From a virus, in IMG/VR virus record IMGVR_UViG_3300045977_000235, positions 39,466 to 103,465 of that record: a stretch of 64,000 bases of DNA; one strand, written 5' to 3'. Below, one piece after another: positions 30,517-41,850 of this stretch. Each line of letters opens with the position of its first letter. Position 1 is the stretch's first letter. A program made the translations under genes and the position numbers. The notes under the pieces are model-generated. The model saw only the letters and a list, made by a program, of their open reading frames with translations, made no database searches and had not been told where the DNA came from.

Positions 30517-31032
30517 TCATACAAACAAATCTTTAACTCCTGTCAATTTACTGGTACAAAAGAGATGATGAAACTCAATCAATGTGGGCATTTGAAATGA
30601 TGCAATCATCCGTTGAATTACTTCATCTGGTATCTCTTTTCCTGTTTCCATGAATCTTAGCTCAAGTCGTTCTCGTATTTCATCCATTGGTGTATCAACA
30701 TAAATTCCTACTCTTACGTAATCAGGAGTTAAATAATTTAATTTTTTTTGTCGTGTCTTTTGTGTAACATTCACTTGATCAATGATGATATTTTTTCTGT
30801 CAGCTACAAATTCTGTGTATCTGTCATAGAATATTGTCTCTACAGTATTGAACCGTATCCTATTGAATGCATCGTTATATGACCATCCGTGTACCTTTCC
30901 GAGTTCAATAAAAATATCATCAGTGCTCAAGATGTTATACTGTTTCTCAGGCCATTTCTTTTGGATGTTTAACGCTAATCGACTCTTACCACTACCAGGA
31001 ATACCCATCAACATAATGCATGTTGGTTGCAT
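30517..31032 (-). CDS. P-loop kinase (AAA_33/polynucleotide kinase-like)
   Basis: MGIPGSGKS Walker A; STDD; IIIDQ.N....R; R...TGK.IP..VI. Confidence 0.8.
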   Translation of the reverse strand: MQPTCIMLMGIPGSGKSRLALNIQKKWPEKQYNILSTDDIFIELGKVHGWSYNDAFNRIRFNTVETIFYDRYTEFVADRKNIIIDQVNVTQKTRQKKLNYLTPDYVRVGIYVDTPMDEIRERLELRFMETGKEIPDEVIQRMIASFQMPTLIEFHHLFCTSKLTGVKDLFV

Positions 31033-32745
31033 TAATTCTTGACCTTATACCGTATGTTAGGTAAGGTAGGAACTGATGATCCTACAGCCGTTACAGTATT
31101 AATACGTCCTTCTAATCTGTATACTAATGCACTCAATGTTGTAAGAGTGTTAGAAAGTTCGTGTACCTCTCTTTCTAATAAAAGAATACGTTGTGTTAAT
31201 TCTTCTAAAGATAAAATCATAGTTTACTCCTTTGAGATAATGGTCCTAAAAGTTTCATTAGCTCCTGTGATTTAACGTTAGTCTTAATAACCTTTTCTAA
31301 ATCATCAGCTAGTCCTACTTTCCCTGTACGTTGTGTAAATGGACTCTTATAAAAGAGTGGTTGTAATTTTTCCCATATGTACTCTGCTGTGACAAGATAA
31401 TCTTCCCAATCTTTTTTACAGAGTTGACAGAGTATATCCTGACACTTACATCGTGTTGCAGTTTTAGGTAAATCCATAGTTCTACCTTATGCATTACGAC
31501 AGTATTTTAAAAAACCATGTTCTAATAACAAACAACAGATGTCTTTATAATTTGTAGCAAGTGTACTTCCTAGAAAAAGATTTTCTAATGAACCTATACC
31601 TAAATAGGTATGTGGTTCATTCCCGTATCTTGCACAAATTTCTTGTGCCCCATGAGCAGGATACACATAAATATCATAGACCTTACCATCACTACTTTTT
31701 ACCCAACCAATATATGTTTCTGGATCATGAGCACACAGATTCGACCATTTCATATACATTATTGTATGTATCCTTTTTTATTATAGAGTACAAACTTTCT
31801 TGCTGTATGGATTTTTTTACCATCAGAAGTAACAAAACTATATGTTCGTCTCACGTCATCTGACATAACAAACAATATAGGTTGCCAATCAATCAATGAA
31901 CGTTCTCTATGTTGATAATCATATGAGACTAGCTTACCCCATACGTACCCATTATTTAAGGTTGTTTCAAATTCAACATGAGCAAGTTCAACGGTTTCCA
32001 TCATAGTAATATGTAAATGAATCGTATCATCTATTCGTCCTTCTGGACCTTTTGTATTATAAGGTACACAGACTTTTTGTTGTACCCAATCTTTCATACG
32101 TGTCTTACGTTGTTTCAATCCTTCATAACACACATCACATAAAACAATTGTCCATTTTACCCCTTTTGCTTGAAGTTGTGGATGATCTCTTGGTACAGTA
32201 TCCTCTTTAAAAAAATTACAGATTTGACAGTATTGTTTCATAGGCTTAACTCTTTTTATGAGATCCTGGTTTTCTAAAATTTCTCTCATTAGGTTTAGGA
32301 GTTGTGTTTGTCAACTGGCTTATACTTTTTTGCCATCCTTCAATACGTTTTAATAAATTCTGTTGCGCTTTTTTTCTATCAACATTGTGTCCAGCCATAA
32401 TTTCTCCTTATTAAATTATTTAATTATTTTGTGGACCACACAAAGATAATTCTAACAATGAACCTGCTATATCAATCTTATCATTCAACTTTACTAATGT
32501 TTCATCAATGTCATGTACCCGTGATTCTACCTTTTCAAATTGTTCTGCAATAGCACTATTATTTTCCATCATACATTCATGAATTGTTTTAGCATAATCT
32601 GCAAATGCTTCTGATAATAATGCCATACCAGAAGCAAGATTTCCTACAAGATTCGTAAGTTCATCAAAAGTTATTTCTGACATTATTTTTTCCTTTTCTA
32701 TAATATTTTTGTTGTGCAACATTTTTGTTATATATTAATTATATC

Positions 32746-33207
32746 TCATTGAGCGATTTTTTGCAAGGTTTTTATATGTGGATAACGTGTATTATATAAA
32801 CATTGTTCTAACCATGTAACATACGAGTGCTCTGGTTTTGATTGTAAATATTCCTCCCAAAATTTTCCATTCACTAAATGAAACCACTCAGTAAAATTGG
32901 TGTTCGATGCAAAGTATGCATACTCTTTTGTTCGTTGTAGTCCCATGTCTGTAGCTGTCCTTTGCTCTGTCATATCATCTGTATAATAAATCATCCGTTC
33001 ATATTGTTTGTTATAGTTAATGTATCCCGTACAATCAAATTCAAGATACACCAGTGGTACGTTATATATCACTTGTGTTTCACATTGAGTAATCTGTGCT
33101 ATCATACCTTCTTCAAAGTACCACATGAGCGAATTAGCTTTCTCTGTGAAGCATACGACTACATGAAAATCGTATGCTTTCAGTTCACTATAGGTTAATT
33201 TGTTCAT
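32746..33207 (-). CDS. Hypothetical protein
   Basis: ATGA-coupled ORF; ends SYV.WLE. Confidence 0.5.
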   Translation of the reverse strand: MNKLTYSELKAYDFHVVVCFTEKANSLMWYFEEGMIAQITQCETQVIYNVPLVYLEFDCTGYINYNKQYERMIYYTDDMTEQRTATDMGLQRTKEYAYFASNTNFTEWFHLVNGKFWEEYLQSKPEHSYVTWLEQCLYNTRYPHIKTLQKIAQ

Positions 33208-33524
33208 TTAATATACTTCTCCATAAGATTTTTTAATAACTCTCGTTCTCGTTGTTCAACAGCTTTCATTGCGACTTCTTTTGAAAGCAATCGTTGCTGA
33301 TATTCTTCGTCTGTTTCTAAAACTTTATATTCGAAATAAAATCTCACGGTATCATAACCACCATAATTATCACATCGGTATTCTAATCGTATTGACGGAC
33401 CATATTTATCAATACACATTTGAAATTCTTTTACAAGATCTGTGAGTCGTTCACCACTAATATATATATCATTAATTTGTTTGTAGACGTATTCTTTTTC
33501 TTCCATTGTTCTCCCCTTATTAAA

Positions 33525-35783
33525 TTATTTAATTTCTTCCAGAGACGCTAAATCATATCCTATTTTCACATCGGCCACTAATGGTACACTTAATGAACAT
33601 CCGAATTGTTCTGTTGGTAAATTCTCCATTGTCCACTTCAATTTTTTAGCACACTCTATTGCCTTATGCTCTGGTGCATATGCATAGATAGAGTCGTGTA
33701 TCGTACCCCATACGTGAATATGGGGATCTTTACTTATCTCTAAGACTGCTAACAAATTCAAATCAGAAGCATCTGCTTGTACAGGTGCATTCGTTGAACG
33801 TCTCTCTGCTTGTTGTCGTACCTTATCAACAGAAGAATATATCTGTGGGAGATGTCGTATACGTCCTAACAGAGACACCATATATCCATGTTCATACGCA
33901 TGAGAGATACATTTCTTATGCCAAGGTTTAATGTTCTTATATGTCTCATGGAACGAAGTATAGTATTTTTGTGCATCATCTAAGGAGAATGCTACACCAT
34001 AGGATTTTTCTGCATATACTTGTAATCCCCGAAATCCCATGACGTACACTAGGCCAAAATTCTGTGACTTTGCTACTTGTCGATAATGCTTCTGTTTCTC
34101 TATAGGTAACTCATAGAATTGTTGTTCCGTAATATCTAAAGTATTATATGCTGTGACTTTATGAAGATCTTTTCCTTCTCTAAATGCTTGCATCATCACA
34201 GGATCTTTTGATAAATGAGCAACAAGTCTTAACTCTGCTTGACTCAAGTCTGCTCCAATAATCATGTATCCTGGTGGAGCAACAAACATTTTTCGTATTC
34301 TATCAGCATCTATCGTATGTGATGGGAGTACCATCAATGGAGGATTCTTCCATCCTATCCTACCTGTTACTGTTCCTCCCCTACTTCCATCTTCAAAACT
34401 TCCCCGATGGAGTATAACAGAAGGATGAAATTTTCCATCTTCTCTAATATGAGTTTTAAACCCTGTAATATACGTACTAAGTATTTTGTTTAGTTCACTA
34501 TATCGTTTCAGGTACTCTATGAACTTCCCTGCTTTTGGATGTGTTTTAAACTTATAGAGATGATCCTTATAGGATGTTGATGGTTTATGTGATTTTGCTG
34601 TGACAACAAATGGTTCTAAGTTTAATCCTTCTGGAGTAAACAAATATTCTTGTAACAATGATGCACGTGTAATACTTAGGTTATCTTTATACTTCCTTTG
34701 GAGAGACTTAGGTATAAGTTTCAATGCTTGTTGTGATACTTCAGCAATTTCATTTTCTACCTGTGTCTCTAACTCATTAAGGTATTCAAGATCAACATAG
34801 ATACCTCTGTATTCAATATCCTCAAATACACGGGCAATAGGATGGAGTAACTTTTGATAAAAGTTCATTGGACCTACACGTTTATGAACTTTACGAATCT
34901 TCTTTTCTTCTTCTTGTAACTGTGCTCTAAAAACTTCACCTACCTTGTACTCTGCTATAGCATCACCTATGGCATATGGTCCCAATTCTGCTATGGGTAC
35001 TTCTGCCATATTGTTCTTATCATATTTTTTATTTAGTGCGCTATCGTATCCTCCCCACGGTGTAAATATACGTGAATGAAGTGTAAGACTATTCGATCTA
35101 TTTTCATCTAACAATGAACCTATCAATGTTGTATCACATGCAAAATTTGTACACGTAATACCATACTTTACCTTTAACCATAGCAAATCATACTTGAGAT
35201 TTGCACCTTCTACTTTCCAGCTTTTTTCATTTAATAAATAATTTAATTGCTCATGAATCTTCTTGGGCAATTGTCCATTGATGTACACTCCACAAGAATA
35301 TTCACCAGAAGAAAACGTAAAACAGATAATATAATTTGCAGAGTTAAATGGATCTGAACCTTGTGTCTCTATATCAAATGCTACCCATTTGTTGATGTTA
35401 ATATGTCCACAGAGTTCTGTGAGATCTGATACCCATGCCATAGGAGGTAATGTTACATCAAACGAACCATTTTCTTCATATCGTATAAGTTGTTTTAATC
35501 TCCATATGAGATCAAAGTTCTTATTATAATCTTCTTCAATATCTTCTGGATGATACGTTGGTAAAATATATGCATTTTCATACGCATATATTTCATCTTG
35601 TAATGAAGCTAGTGTTCTGTTTTTTGCAATCAATCCTTCTTTCTTTAATACACCTAATACCTTGTCGCCTAATGCTAACACTATGCCATCAGTAGGAACA
35701 GTAGGAACATTATGAATCTGATAATCAAATCCTTTAAAGAAAGATAAATACCCTTCTAACGTATGTGACCATATGGTAATCAT
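33525..35783 (-). CDS. polA: DNA polymerase family A with 3'-5' exonuclease and a degenerate N-terminal UDG-like domain
   Basis: AFDIET (ExoI), NLKYD (ExoII), YAIGD (ExoII/III), TVTGR, ADLSQAELR (A), RQVAKSQNFGLVY (B), NAPVQ, TIHDS (C); N-terminal LALG...LPTYHP. Confidence 0.92.
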   Translation of the reverse strand: MITIWSHTLEGYLSFFKGFDYQIHNVPTVPTDGIVLALGDKVLGVLKKEGLIAKNRTLASLQDEIYAYENAYILPTYHPEDIEEDYNKNFDLIWRLKQLIRYEENGSFDVTLPPMAWVSDLTELCGHININKWVAFDIETQGSDPFNSANYIICFTFSSGEYSCGVYINGQLPKKIHEQLNYLLNEKSWKVEGANLKYDLLWLKVKYGITCTNFACDTTLIGSLLDENRSNSLTLHSRIFTPWGGYDSALNKKYDKNNMAEVPIAELGPYAIGDAIAEYKVGEVFRAQLQEEEKKIRKVHKRVGPMNFYQKLLHPIARVFEDIEYRGIYVDLEYLNELETQVENEIAEVSQQALKLIPKSLQRKYKDNLSITRASLLQEYLFTPEGLNLEPFVVTAKSHKPSTSYKDHLYKFKTHPKAGKFIEYLKRYSELNKILSTYITGFKTHIREDGKFHPSVILHRGSFEDGSRGGTVTGRIGWKNPPLMVLPSHTIDADRIRKMFVAPPGYMIIGADLSQAELRLVAHLSKDPVMMQAFREGKDLHKVTAYNTLDITEQQFYELPIEKQKHYRQVAKSQNFGLVYVMGFRGLQVYAEKSYGVAFSLDDAQKYYTSFHETYKNIKPWHKKCISHAYEHGYMVSLLGRIRHLPQIYSSVDKVRQQAERRSTNAPVQADASDLNLLAVLEISKDPHIHVWGTIHDSIYAYAPEHKAIECAKKLKWTMENLPTEQFGCSLSVPLVADVKIGYDLASLEEIK

Positions 35784-35792
35784 ACTGTACCT

Positions 35793-36146
35793 CTACATGA
35801 AAGAAAAGATTGTAACTGGATGCGGCCAAGGGGTTATCCATTCGGTAACATCTGCTAATGCATATAAAATTCCCCCGATAACAATTAGCTTATGGAGTTT
35901 ATTATTCACCATAAATCGTCCTGACCAATAATTCGTATTGTGATTAAATCCTAATTTCTCTATATATTTTATTATTGTTTCTCTTTCTGTTTCATTTATA
36001 CCATCATGAATATAAATATGAAACGTTATGTATGTCGGACTTACTTTGACTGTCACATCTAATTGTTCACTTTTTGCAACAACAAGATATTTTGATCCGG
36101 TTTTTCCTACAACAGTATCATACATGCTGTGTGTATTTTTGTCCAT
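35793..36146 (-). CDS. Hypothetical protein in the PPDK-like module
   Basis: GAGGG RBS; G.TGS.Y.VVA pattern. Confidence 0.55.
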   Translation of the reverse strand: MDKNTHSMYDTVVGKTGSKYLVVAKSEQLDVTVKVSPTYITFHIYIHDGINETERETIIKYIEKLGFNHNTNYWSGRFMVNNKLHKLIVIGGILYALADVTEWITPWPHPVTIFSFM

Positions 36147-36633
36147 ACCCTCTCCATTTCCATTCTTCTTTTTCTTTTACTTGTTCATAGTCTAACGGAT
36201 AGACTTCTAAACCATACTCCATAAGGAATCTATATTGTACCGTTGTCTCTACTGCCTTATGACAATATCTCTCTCTTAAAGTATACAAGCTTAACTTGTC
36301 TTTTGTCAACTGAAATAAAAGAATAGAAAGAAATAATCCTGTTCTCCCATGTCCACCAAGACATCCTACAAATATAGGGCATCCTTCAGTCACAAAGATA
36401 GCAGCTTTTTCTAAACATTGATTAAATAATTTAATATTCTGTGGTACACCAAAGTTTGGTATATGGTGTACCGTGATATAAGGGGTACGTGGAGTTTTTA
36501 TCGCTCCATCTAAAAAGAAATAATGATCTGCTATACCTCTTGGTACATCAAAGATTGAACCTCCGTGTATAGCAGTATCATTAATCATAAAAACTGGATG
36601 TTTACATCTTTCTTTTTTCAACGAGAACCTCAT
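36118..36633 (-). CDS. Cys-dependent protein tyrosine/dual-specificity phosphatase
   Basis: IPNFGVP; VGCLGGHGRTG (CX5R); AVET..Q. Confidence 0.85.
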   Translation of the reverse strand: MRFSLKKERCKHPVFMINDTAIHGGSIFDVPRGIADHYFFLDGAIKTPRTPYITVHHIPNFGVPQNIKLFNQCLEKAAIFVTEGCPIFVGCLGGHGRTGLFLSILLFQLTKDKLSLYTLRERYCHKAVETTVQYRFLMEYGLEVYPLDYEQVKEKEEWKWRGYGQKYTQHV

Positions 36634-37540
36634 TTACCAAAGGAAATGGTAGATACGTAAGTTTACCCTCTAACTTCACAGCAATAAGATCTTTCAGCAT
36701 CTTATATTTCAGTAGATACATTTCATCATTCTCTACAGCTAATGGAAACATCTTTTCATAGTCCATCAATTTTTCATAGGTTTTATTTGCATATATTTGT
36801 TTAAATATATTCTCTGAATACTTCAACAAAACAGGTAATTTTCCTTCATGTTGAATATCTAATAGGGCTTTAAAGAATGGTCTGCTTGGTTCAAATACTA
36901 TACCTTTGTTAAAAATGTCTGATGTATTATGCTCCAGGTTGAAACATAAGTCCACAAACATTTCTGTCGTGAGTTTTCCTTTAAAATAATCTAAGGCAAA
37001 ATCTGTAATGGTTTTCCAGTTCTTTCCCCCGCATGACATACCGAAGCATCCACACACAAACAACTTTGATATAGATTGAAGCAATGTACTGATTGATAGC
37101 TGTGATGTTTTCAAAAACTTCACAGCTTGTTCAATAGATTTCAATGGACCTGTATTCCGTAAAGACATAATGACTGCTGCTGTTTCCTTGTTCTCTGGTA
37201 ATTGTGCCCATGCTTTGAAGTTAGGGTTCTTATTATACGCATGTCGTGTTTCTCGTAAACAAATGAATAAAAGATACACAACTATGTGCTCTGCAACTTC
37301 TAATGTCGTCTTAATATAATCATCTACTATACGTTGTTTTTCTTGTAGATCACCATATAAACCATAGAGACTTTCCAGAACGTTTACTGATTGATTGAGA
37401 TAGTAGAACGCAAACATATCTGCTTCTGGCGAACGTTTATGTTTCCCATAAAAATCATACCATTGATATAAACGTTCAGCCAGAACAGGATACATAAATG
37501 ATCTACGTACAGGTGATAAATACAGATCAATAACTGGCAT
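36602..37540 (-). CDS. Conserved hypothetical protein between two phosphatases
   Basis: 312 aa; motif-like ICLRETRH, GGKNW..I, D.CF.LEHN...IFNKG; AAGGA RBS. Confidence 0.65.
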   Translation of the reverse strand: MPVIDLYLSPVRRSFMYPVLAERLYQWYDFYGKHKRSPEADMFAFYYLNQSVNVLESLYGLYGDLQEKQRIVDDYIKTTLEVAEHIVVYLLFICLRETRHAYNKNPNFKAWAQLPENKETAAVIMSLRNTGPLKSIEQAVKFLKTSQLSISTLLQSISKLFVCGCFGMSCGGKNWKTITDFALDYFKGKLTTEMFVDLCFNLEHNTSDIFNKGIVFEPSRPFFKALLDIQHEGKLPVLLKYSENIFKQIYANKTYEKLMDYEKMFPLAVENDEMYLLKYKMLKDLIAVKLEGKLTYLPFPLVNEVLVEKRKM

Positions 37541-37551
37541 GATTTTTTTCC

Positions 37552-38061
37552 TTAGAATCTATTGACGAATGATTCTTGCTCTGGTGTTTCTATTGCACGC
37601 TTATCATACAACAAACGTACTTCTTGTATTGGGTTTTTACTCCCATGCATCTTGAGTAAACATGCAATGCTCATACCTGTTCGACCGTAACCACCTTTAC
37701 ATCCTATATACACAATTTTTTCTTTCTTCGCGTGACAATAGACCTCTGTTAATATATCCCTAAATGCACTCTTATCCCGTGGTACTTTAAAATCTGGTAT
37801 AGGGAACAACCAATCATCTGTATCATTATTCACATTATAATATTGTTCTTCTAAACATAATCCTCTGATATTGCTCGGTTTTTTATAAAATGGTCCTGCT
37901 AAAATAATATAGGGATTCGGAGCATCAACAATAATTCCTTTTGATGAAAACAAATGCAAATCATCAAAGGATGGAACACACTTGATTTCATCTCGTTGTA
38001 CTGGTACTTCTACTGTATTCCATTGAAAGAAACGATTAAATAATTTAATCCAGCTAAACAT
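37552..38061 (-). CDS. Cys-dependent protein tyrosine/dual-specificity phosphatase
   Basis: PIPDF.VP; IGCKGGYGRTG (CX5R); AIET.EQ..FV; AGGAGAG RBS before MFSW. Confidence 0.85.
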   Translation of the reverse strand: MFSWIKLFNRFFQWNTVEVPVQRDEIKCVPSFDDLHLFSSKGIIVDAPNPYIILAGPFYKKPSNIRGLCLEEQYYNVNNDTDDWLFPIPDFKVPRDKSAFRDILTEVYCHAKKEKIVYIGCKGGYGRTGMSIACLLKMHGSKNPIQEVRLLYDKRAIETPEQESFVNRF

Positions 38062-38365
38062 AATTCTCTCTCCTAATGGGAACGTTCTTATATGCACTGA
38101 TAAACACATGAGCAATAGATGATGTTGTACGTTTTCCTATCCACATAAACACAGGGGATAGAAGTTCACTATAAAAAGGTAATTCATGATTTTGTTTGAG
38201 TATAATAACTCCTTCTTTATTTTGTGCGGAGTATGTTAAAGCACAGGTATAATGCTTCTTTGCCCAATTATGACGTATTTCTGTTACCGTAAATTTTACA
38301 TCTCCTACAAAAAAAGAATCATTAACAGGTAAACATATTCCTAGTGTTCCGAATGTATGTGACAT
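38054..38365 (-). CDS. Hypothetical protein
   Basis: AAGGA RBS; ends A...VPI.RE (CsrA-like tail, weak). Confidence 0.5.
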   Translation of the reverse strand: MSHTFGTLGICLPVNDSFFVGDVKFTVTEIRHNWAKKHYTCALTYSAQNKEGVIILKQNHELPFYSELLSPVFMWIGKRTTSSIAHVFISAYKNVPIRRENYV

Positions 38366-38378
38366 ATATGCATCCTTT

Positions 38379-40190
38379 TTATAATGTTGTTTCTATCATC
38401 TCCTTCAACAATTCATCATGAGTAAATATAATATTTTTATCTGCATATGTTACATCTTTTGCTCCTATAAAAGTATAATAGTTTTCAAGATATTTGTCAA
38501 TCACTTCTTGATCAACAAACTTGAGATAGTAGGAATGTATGTTATCTGCCCGTTGAACATAATAAGTACGCATGACCTTTTGTAGTGGTTTTATTCTTTT
38601 ACAAAATTCATCATAAGGAAACATAAACCATGATGGATCTAATATAACGTTCTTACCTACCATCTCTAATGGAATATACGGATTCACTAACACAAACGGA
38701 TCTTTAAAGTGTGAAAAGATATACGTCCATATAGAATCTATCTTTTTCAACAAAGCCGCATCTTTTACTATCTTCCCTTTTCCTTTATATAATCTATCAT
38801 GTGTTGTGTCTAATGATACAGGTTCACCTTCAAGAAAATATAGATCACCCATATTCAATGAAGGTTTAATAGGATCAAAAGTAGCATCAATATTTAATAA
38901 ACAGGGTTTTTGTAAACTCCGCGCTAATACAGCAGCATGAGATGTTACACCACCTGTTAAAGCAATGATACCTTTACATTTTAATAGAGCAGGTATCATT
39001 TCTGTTGTCGTATATTCTGTACAATAAATTGAATCTTCTGTACAGTTATCAAGATTAAATGTTAATCGTCCTACAGCAACACCATTACATGCACTTTTCC
39101 CTTGGAGAAAAGGTGTATCTTTAGGGATATTTAATTTATTCATATCCAACATAAAATCTTGAAGTGTTAAATTCTTTAATGGTATACGATTTTTCTTCAA
39201 GATGATGTTTTCATACAACATCGTGATTTTTGTGCTTGATGGAATTTTTGCATCACGTGTTTGTAAGAAATATAATTTCTTATTGTACACTGTCCATTCA
39301 ATATCCTGTGGATATTTGTAATGATTTTCTATTTTCTTAGCATTCGTGCGTAATGCTTCATATAACCGTGTACCCATTATTGCAGTAAGATCTATTGGCG
39401 TCATATGACCTGAAACAATATCTTCACCTTGAGCATTACGAATAAACTCTCCTTGTATTGCATCAGAACCTGTTTCAAGATTCGATGAAAACATAACACC
39501 TGTAGCACCTTCAGAACTATTACCAAATACCATTTCTTGTATAACAACACCAGTACCTATATCTTGTAGATGATTGTATTTTCTATAAGCATCTGCTTCT
39601 GGTGAATCCCAAGATTCCCATACAGCTTTAATAGCATAAAATAATTGACTCCCTAGATCGAGCATTTCAGGAGTCTTTTGCTTGTGGCCTTCATATTCTG
39701 CTTTAAGATTTTTCAATGATTGTACAGGATTATCATACACATAGGTACTATGGAGAGGAAGTCCTAAGACAATCTCTCCAAACATTTTCCTAAAACGAAA
39801 GAGAGAATTAAAAGCTGTTTCATCCCCTAATTGTTCCATCCATCCTTTGAAATTTTGTACAGTTAATCCTACGTTTAAAATGGTACTCATAAGTCCAGGC
39901 ATTGAATATGGAGCACCAGAACGTACAGAGACTAATTTCTTCTCAAAGTATGGTACAAGTACCTGCTTAATCACATCTACTAACCGTAGCTCTGCTTGTG
40001 TTTTATCTTTTTTATAGAGTCGGCAAAAATTTGTCGGCAACACAACAAAGAAAGGAACATTAATACCTTCAATAGACTTCAGTCCAAAAAGATTACTCCC
40101 TTTATTCCCGAAGATTTGTTTATGATATTGTACAGGAAGTTCTTTATATTTTGGATCATTACTTTTATAGAAAAAATGTGTCTTAAACAT
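38379..40190 (-). CDS. Pyruvate phosphate dikinase-like protein (ATP-grasp plus phospho-His swivel domain, no pyruvate-binding barrel)
   Basis: GNKG.NL; LVSVRSGA..SMPG.M.T.LN.G; QEMVFGN; TGV.F; GE....AQGED.VSG; DIEWT...LY.LQTR; GG.TSHAAV.AR. Confidence 0.88.
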   Translation of the reverse strand: MFKTHFFYKSNDPKYKELPVQYHKQIFGNKGSNLFGLKSIEGINVPFFVVLPTNFCRLYKKDKTQAELRLVDVIKQVLVPYFEKKLVSVRSGAPYSMPGLMSTILNVGLTVQNFKGWMEQLGDETAFNSLFRFRKMFGEIVLGLPLHSTYVYDNPVQSLKNLKAEYEGHKQKTPEMLDLGSQLFYAIKAVWESWDSPEADAYRKYNHLQDIGTGVVIQEMVFGNSSEGATGVMFSSNLETGSDAIQGEFIRNAQGEDIVSGHMTPIDLTAIMGTRLYEALRTNAKKIENHYKYPQDIEWTVYNKKLYFLQTRDAKIPSSTKITMLYENIILKKNRIPLKNLTLQDFMLDMNKLNIPKDTPFLQGKSACNGVAVGRLTFNLDNCTEDSIYCTEYTTTEMIPALLKCKGIIALTGGVTSHAAVLARSLQKPCLLNIDATFDPIKPSLNMGDLYFLEGEPVSLDTTHDRLYKGKGKIVKDAALLKKIDSIWTYIFSHFKDPFVLVNPYIPLEMVGKNVILDPSWFMFPYDEFCKRIKPLQKVMRTYYVQRADNIHSYYLKFVDQEVIDKYLENYYTFIGAKDVTYADKNIIFTHDELLKEMIETTL

Positions 40191-40199
40191 TTGTATCCT

Positions 40200-40781
40200 C
40201 TAATCTCCTATAATAGATCTAACTTTTTGCACACGATTTTCTAATGTATCCCAAGGAACAAAGTATATAGGATCATTTTGTCGTAAAATTGCCTTATTAT
40301 TGTAACTAATAATAAAATCATAATAAAGTATCTGTAATGCATAGATAACAGATTGATCTGTAATTCGTATGGAATCTTTTTCTTCTTCTACAACAGGTGG
40401 AGATTCAATATAAAACAAATAATCATATGTTTTTAATGACCTATATACTTTCCGTTGATACATTTTATAGGTGTCTTGTGATACTACTGATGCACAACGG
40501 AATATGGTATGAAGAAAGACATCAAGTAACGTTCTATCAGATATAAACTCTCGTAATTCCTTTTCTTCTTCTATACGATAGGTAAACATATGATGCTGAC
40601 ACTTATAAATATCTTCTATTGGCCTTTCAAGAAAATCATCATTCGTATGAAAACCATGTTCTGCTGCTATCTTTCTTGCACAACTCGGTAAAAATGGACT
40701 ATTAACTATTTTATTCTCAACTAAGTATTGTGCTAATGTTGTTTTCCCACATGCAGATAACCCCATGAACCCTATCTTCAT
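40200..40781 (-). CDS. P-loop nucleotide kinase (AAA_28/dNMP kinase-like)
   Basis: IGFMGLSACGKTT; ISDRT.LD; YDYLFY. Confidence 0.7.
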   Translation of the reverse strand: MKIGFMGLSACGKTTLAQYLVENKIVNSPFLPSCARKIAAEHGFHTNDDFLERPIEDIYKCQHHMFTYRIEEEKELREFISDRTLLDVFLHTIFRCASVVSQDTYKMYQRKVYRSLKTYDYLFYIESPPVVEEEKDSIRITDQSVIYALQILYYDFIISYNNKAILRQNDPIYFVPWDTLENRVQKVRSIIGD

Positions 40782-41090
40782 TTACGTTTTCCTCTTGAAA
40801 GAAACCATTGTATAAACAAAAATGTACCAATATTTATTATACACAATAATACGATAAAAAGCATAAAATTAAACAAACCAATCGTTTCCATATCTGTCAT
40901 TTGCTATTCCTCCCAAATAAAAAAATCATGAGAAGAATAATTGCACATACAAATGTGCCTATCAAAACAAATATTCCAAGTGAGATAAGAAAAATTTCCA
41001 TATTTATCTAAGATATATCCACATTAAAAAAAAACAAGAAAAATGAAATAATAAGTATCCATATATTTTCCTTGATGTACACTTTAACAT

Positions 41091-41109
41091 GGGCTGTTTT
41101 AGACAGCCC
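41091..41109. terminator. Hairpin abutting a palindrome copy
   Basis: GGGCTGT-tttag-ACAGCCC beside the 41111-41125 palindrome. Confidence 0.5.
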
Positions 41110-41366
41110 CATTAAATTATTTAATTCTTCAAACAGCCACCGTATCATCACTGTCTTTCATATCAACATATGCAAACATACCTGCTTGTGAAACTTCAAA
41201 GTTCTCTATTGCCTGTCTGTGTGGTTTCATACCACCTTCTACACACTTACGTAAAGCTTCACCCCTTGATTCAGCTTCAACAACAAAGATAGATTTCGTG
41301 TGAAGGACAACTTCAAATTTTGGCATTTTAACTATCCTCTATATGAGTGTGTTTTTGTCTATAATA

Positions 41367-41395
41367 ATTATACCCATTCTTGGGATTTAAGTCAA
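41367..41395 (-). promoter_or_regulatory. Sigma70-type promoter
   Basis: TTGACT-17-TATAAT upstream of 41129-41326. Confidence 0.75.
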
Positions 41396-41850
41396 GTTTT
41401 TCTTCATCCGTAAGAAACTGTTGATACTTATATTTTTCTTTTTTTAAAGGTTCCATTTTTAATTGTTTTTGGCCTTCATCGGTATTTTTTCTAAATTTTT
41501 TCATACTGCGTTTTTAATCCTTTCAAACATTTCTTCTGCTCTTGGTGAATGAATTTCTAAAAAATCATTACCAGAATTAAACCATACTCTAAGTTTATTG
41601 TCAAGTTGATCAACTGCTGCTAAATCAATTCTATTTAGTATCAATACTTCTTGTGGATGATAATACATAATGTGGTTTTCACCTTCTTCTGGAATTTCTG
41701 TAAGACTATTAATTGTTTTCTCTAACAATTCTCTTGCAACATCATTTATGTAATAAACATAAGAAAAATTTCCATAAAACCCTAACATGAGTTCATCATG
41801 GGCTTTATCGTAATAGGCACACGTTAAATTATTATGGTTCATATATAATT

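Noticed and set aside
38379-40190. Calling this a bona fide ppdK auxiliary metabolic gene
   Set aside because: The C-terminal pyruvate/PEP-binding barrel is absent (603 aa, ending shortly after the His domain).
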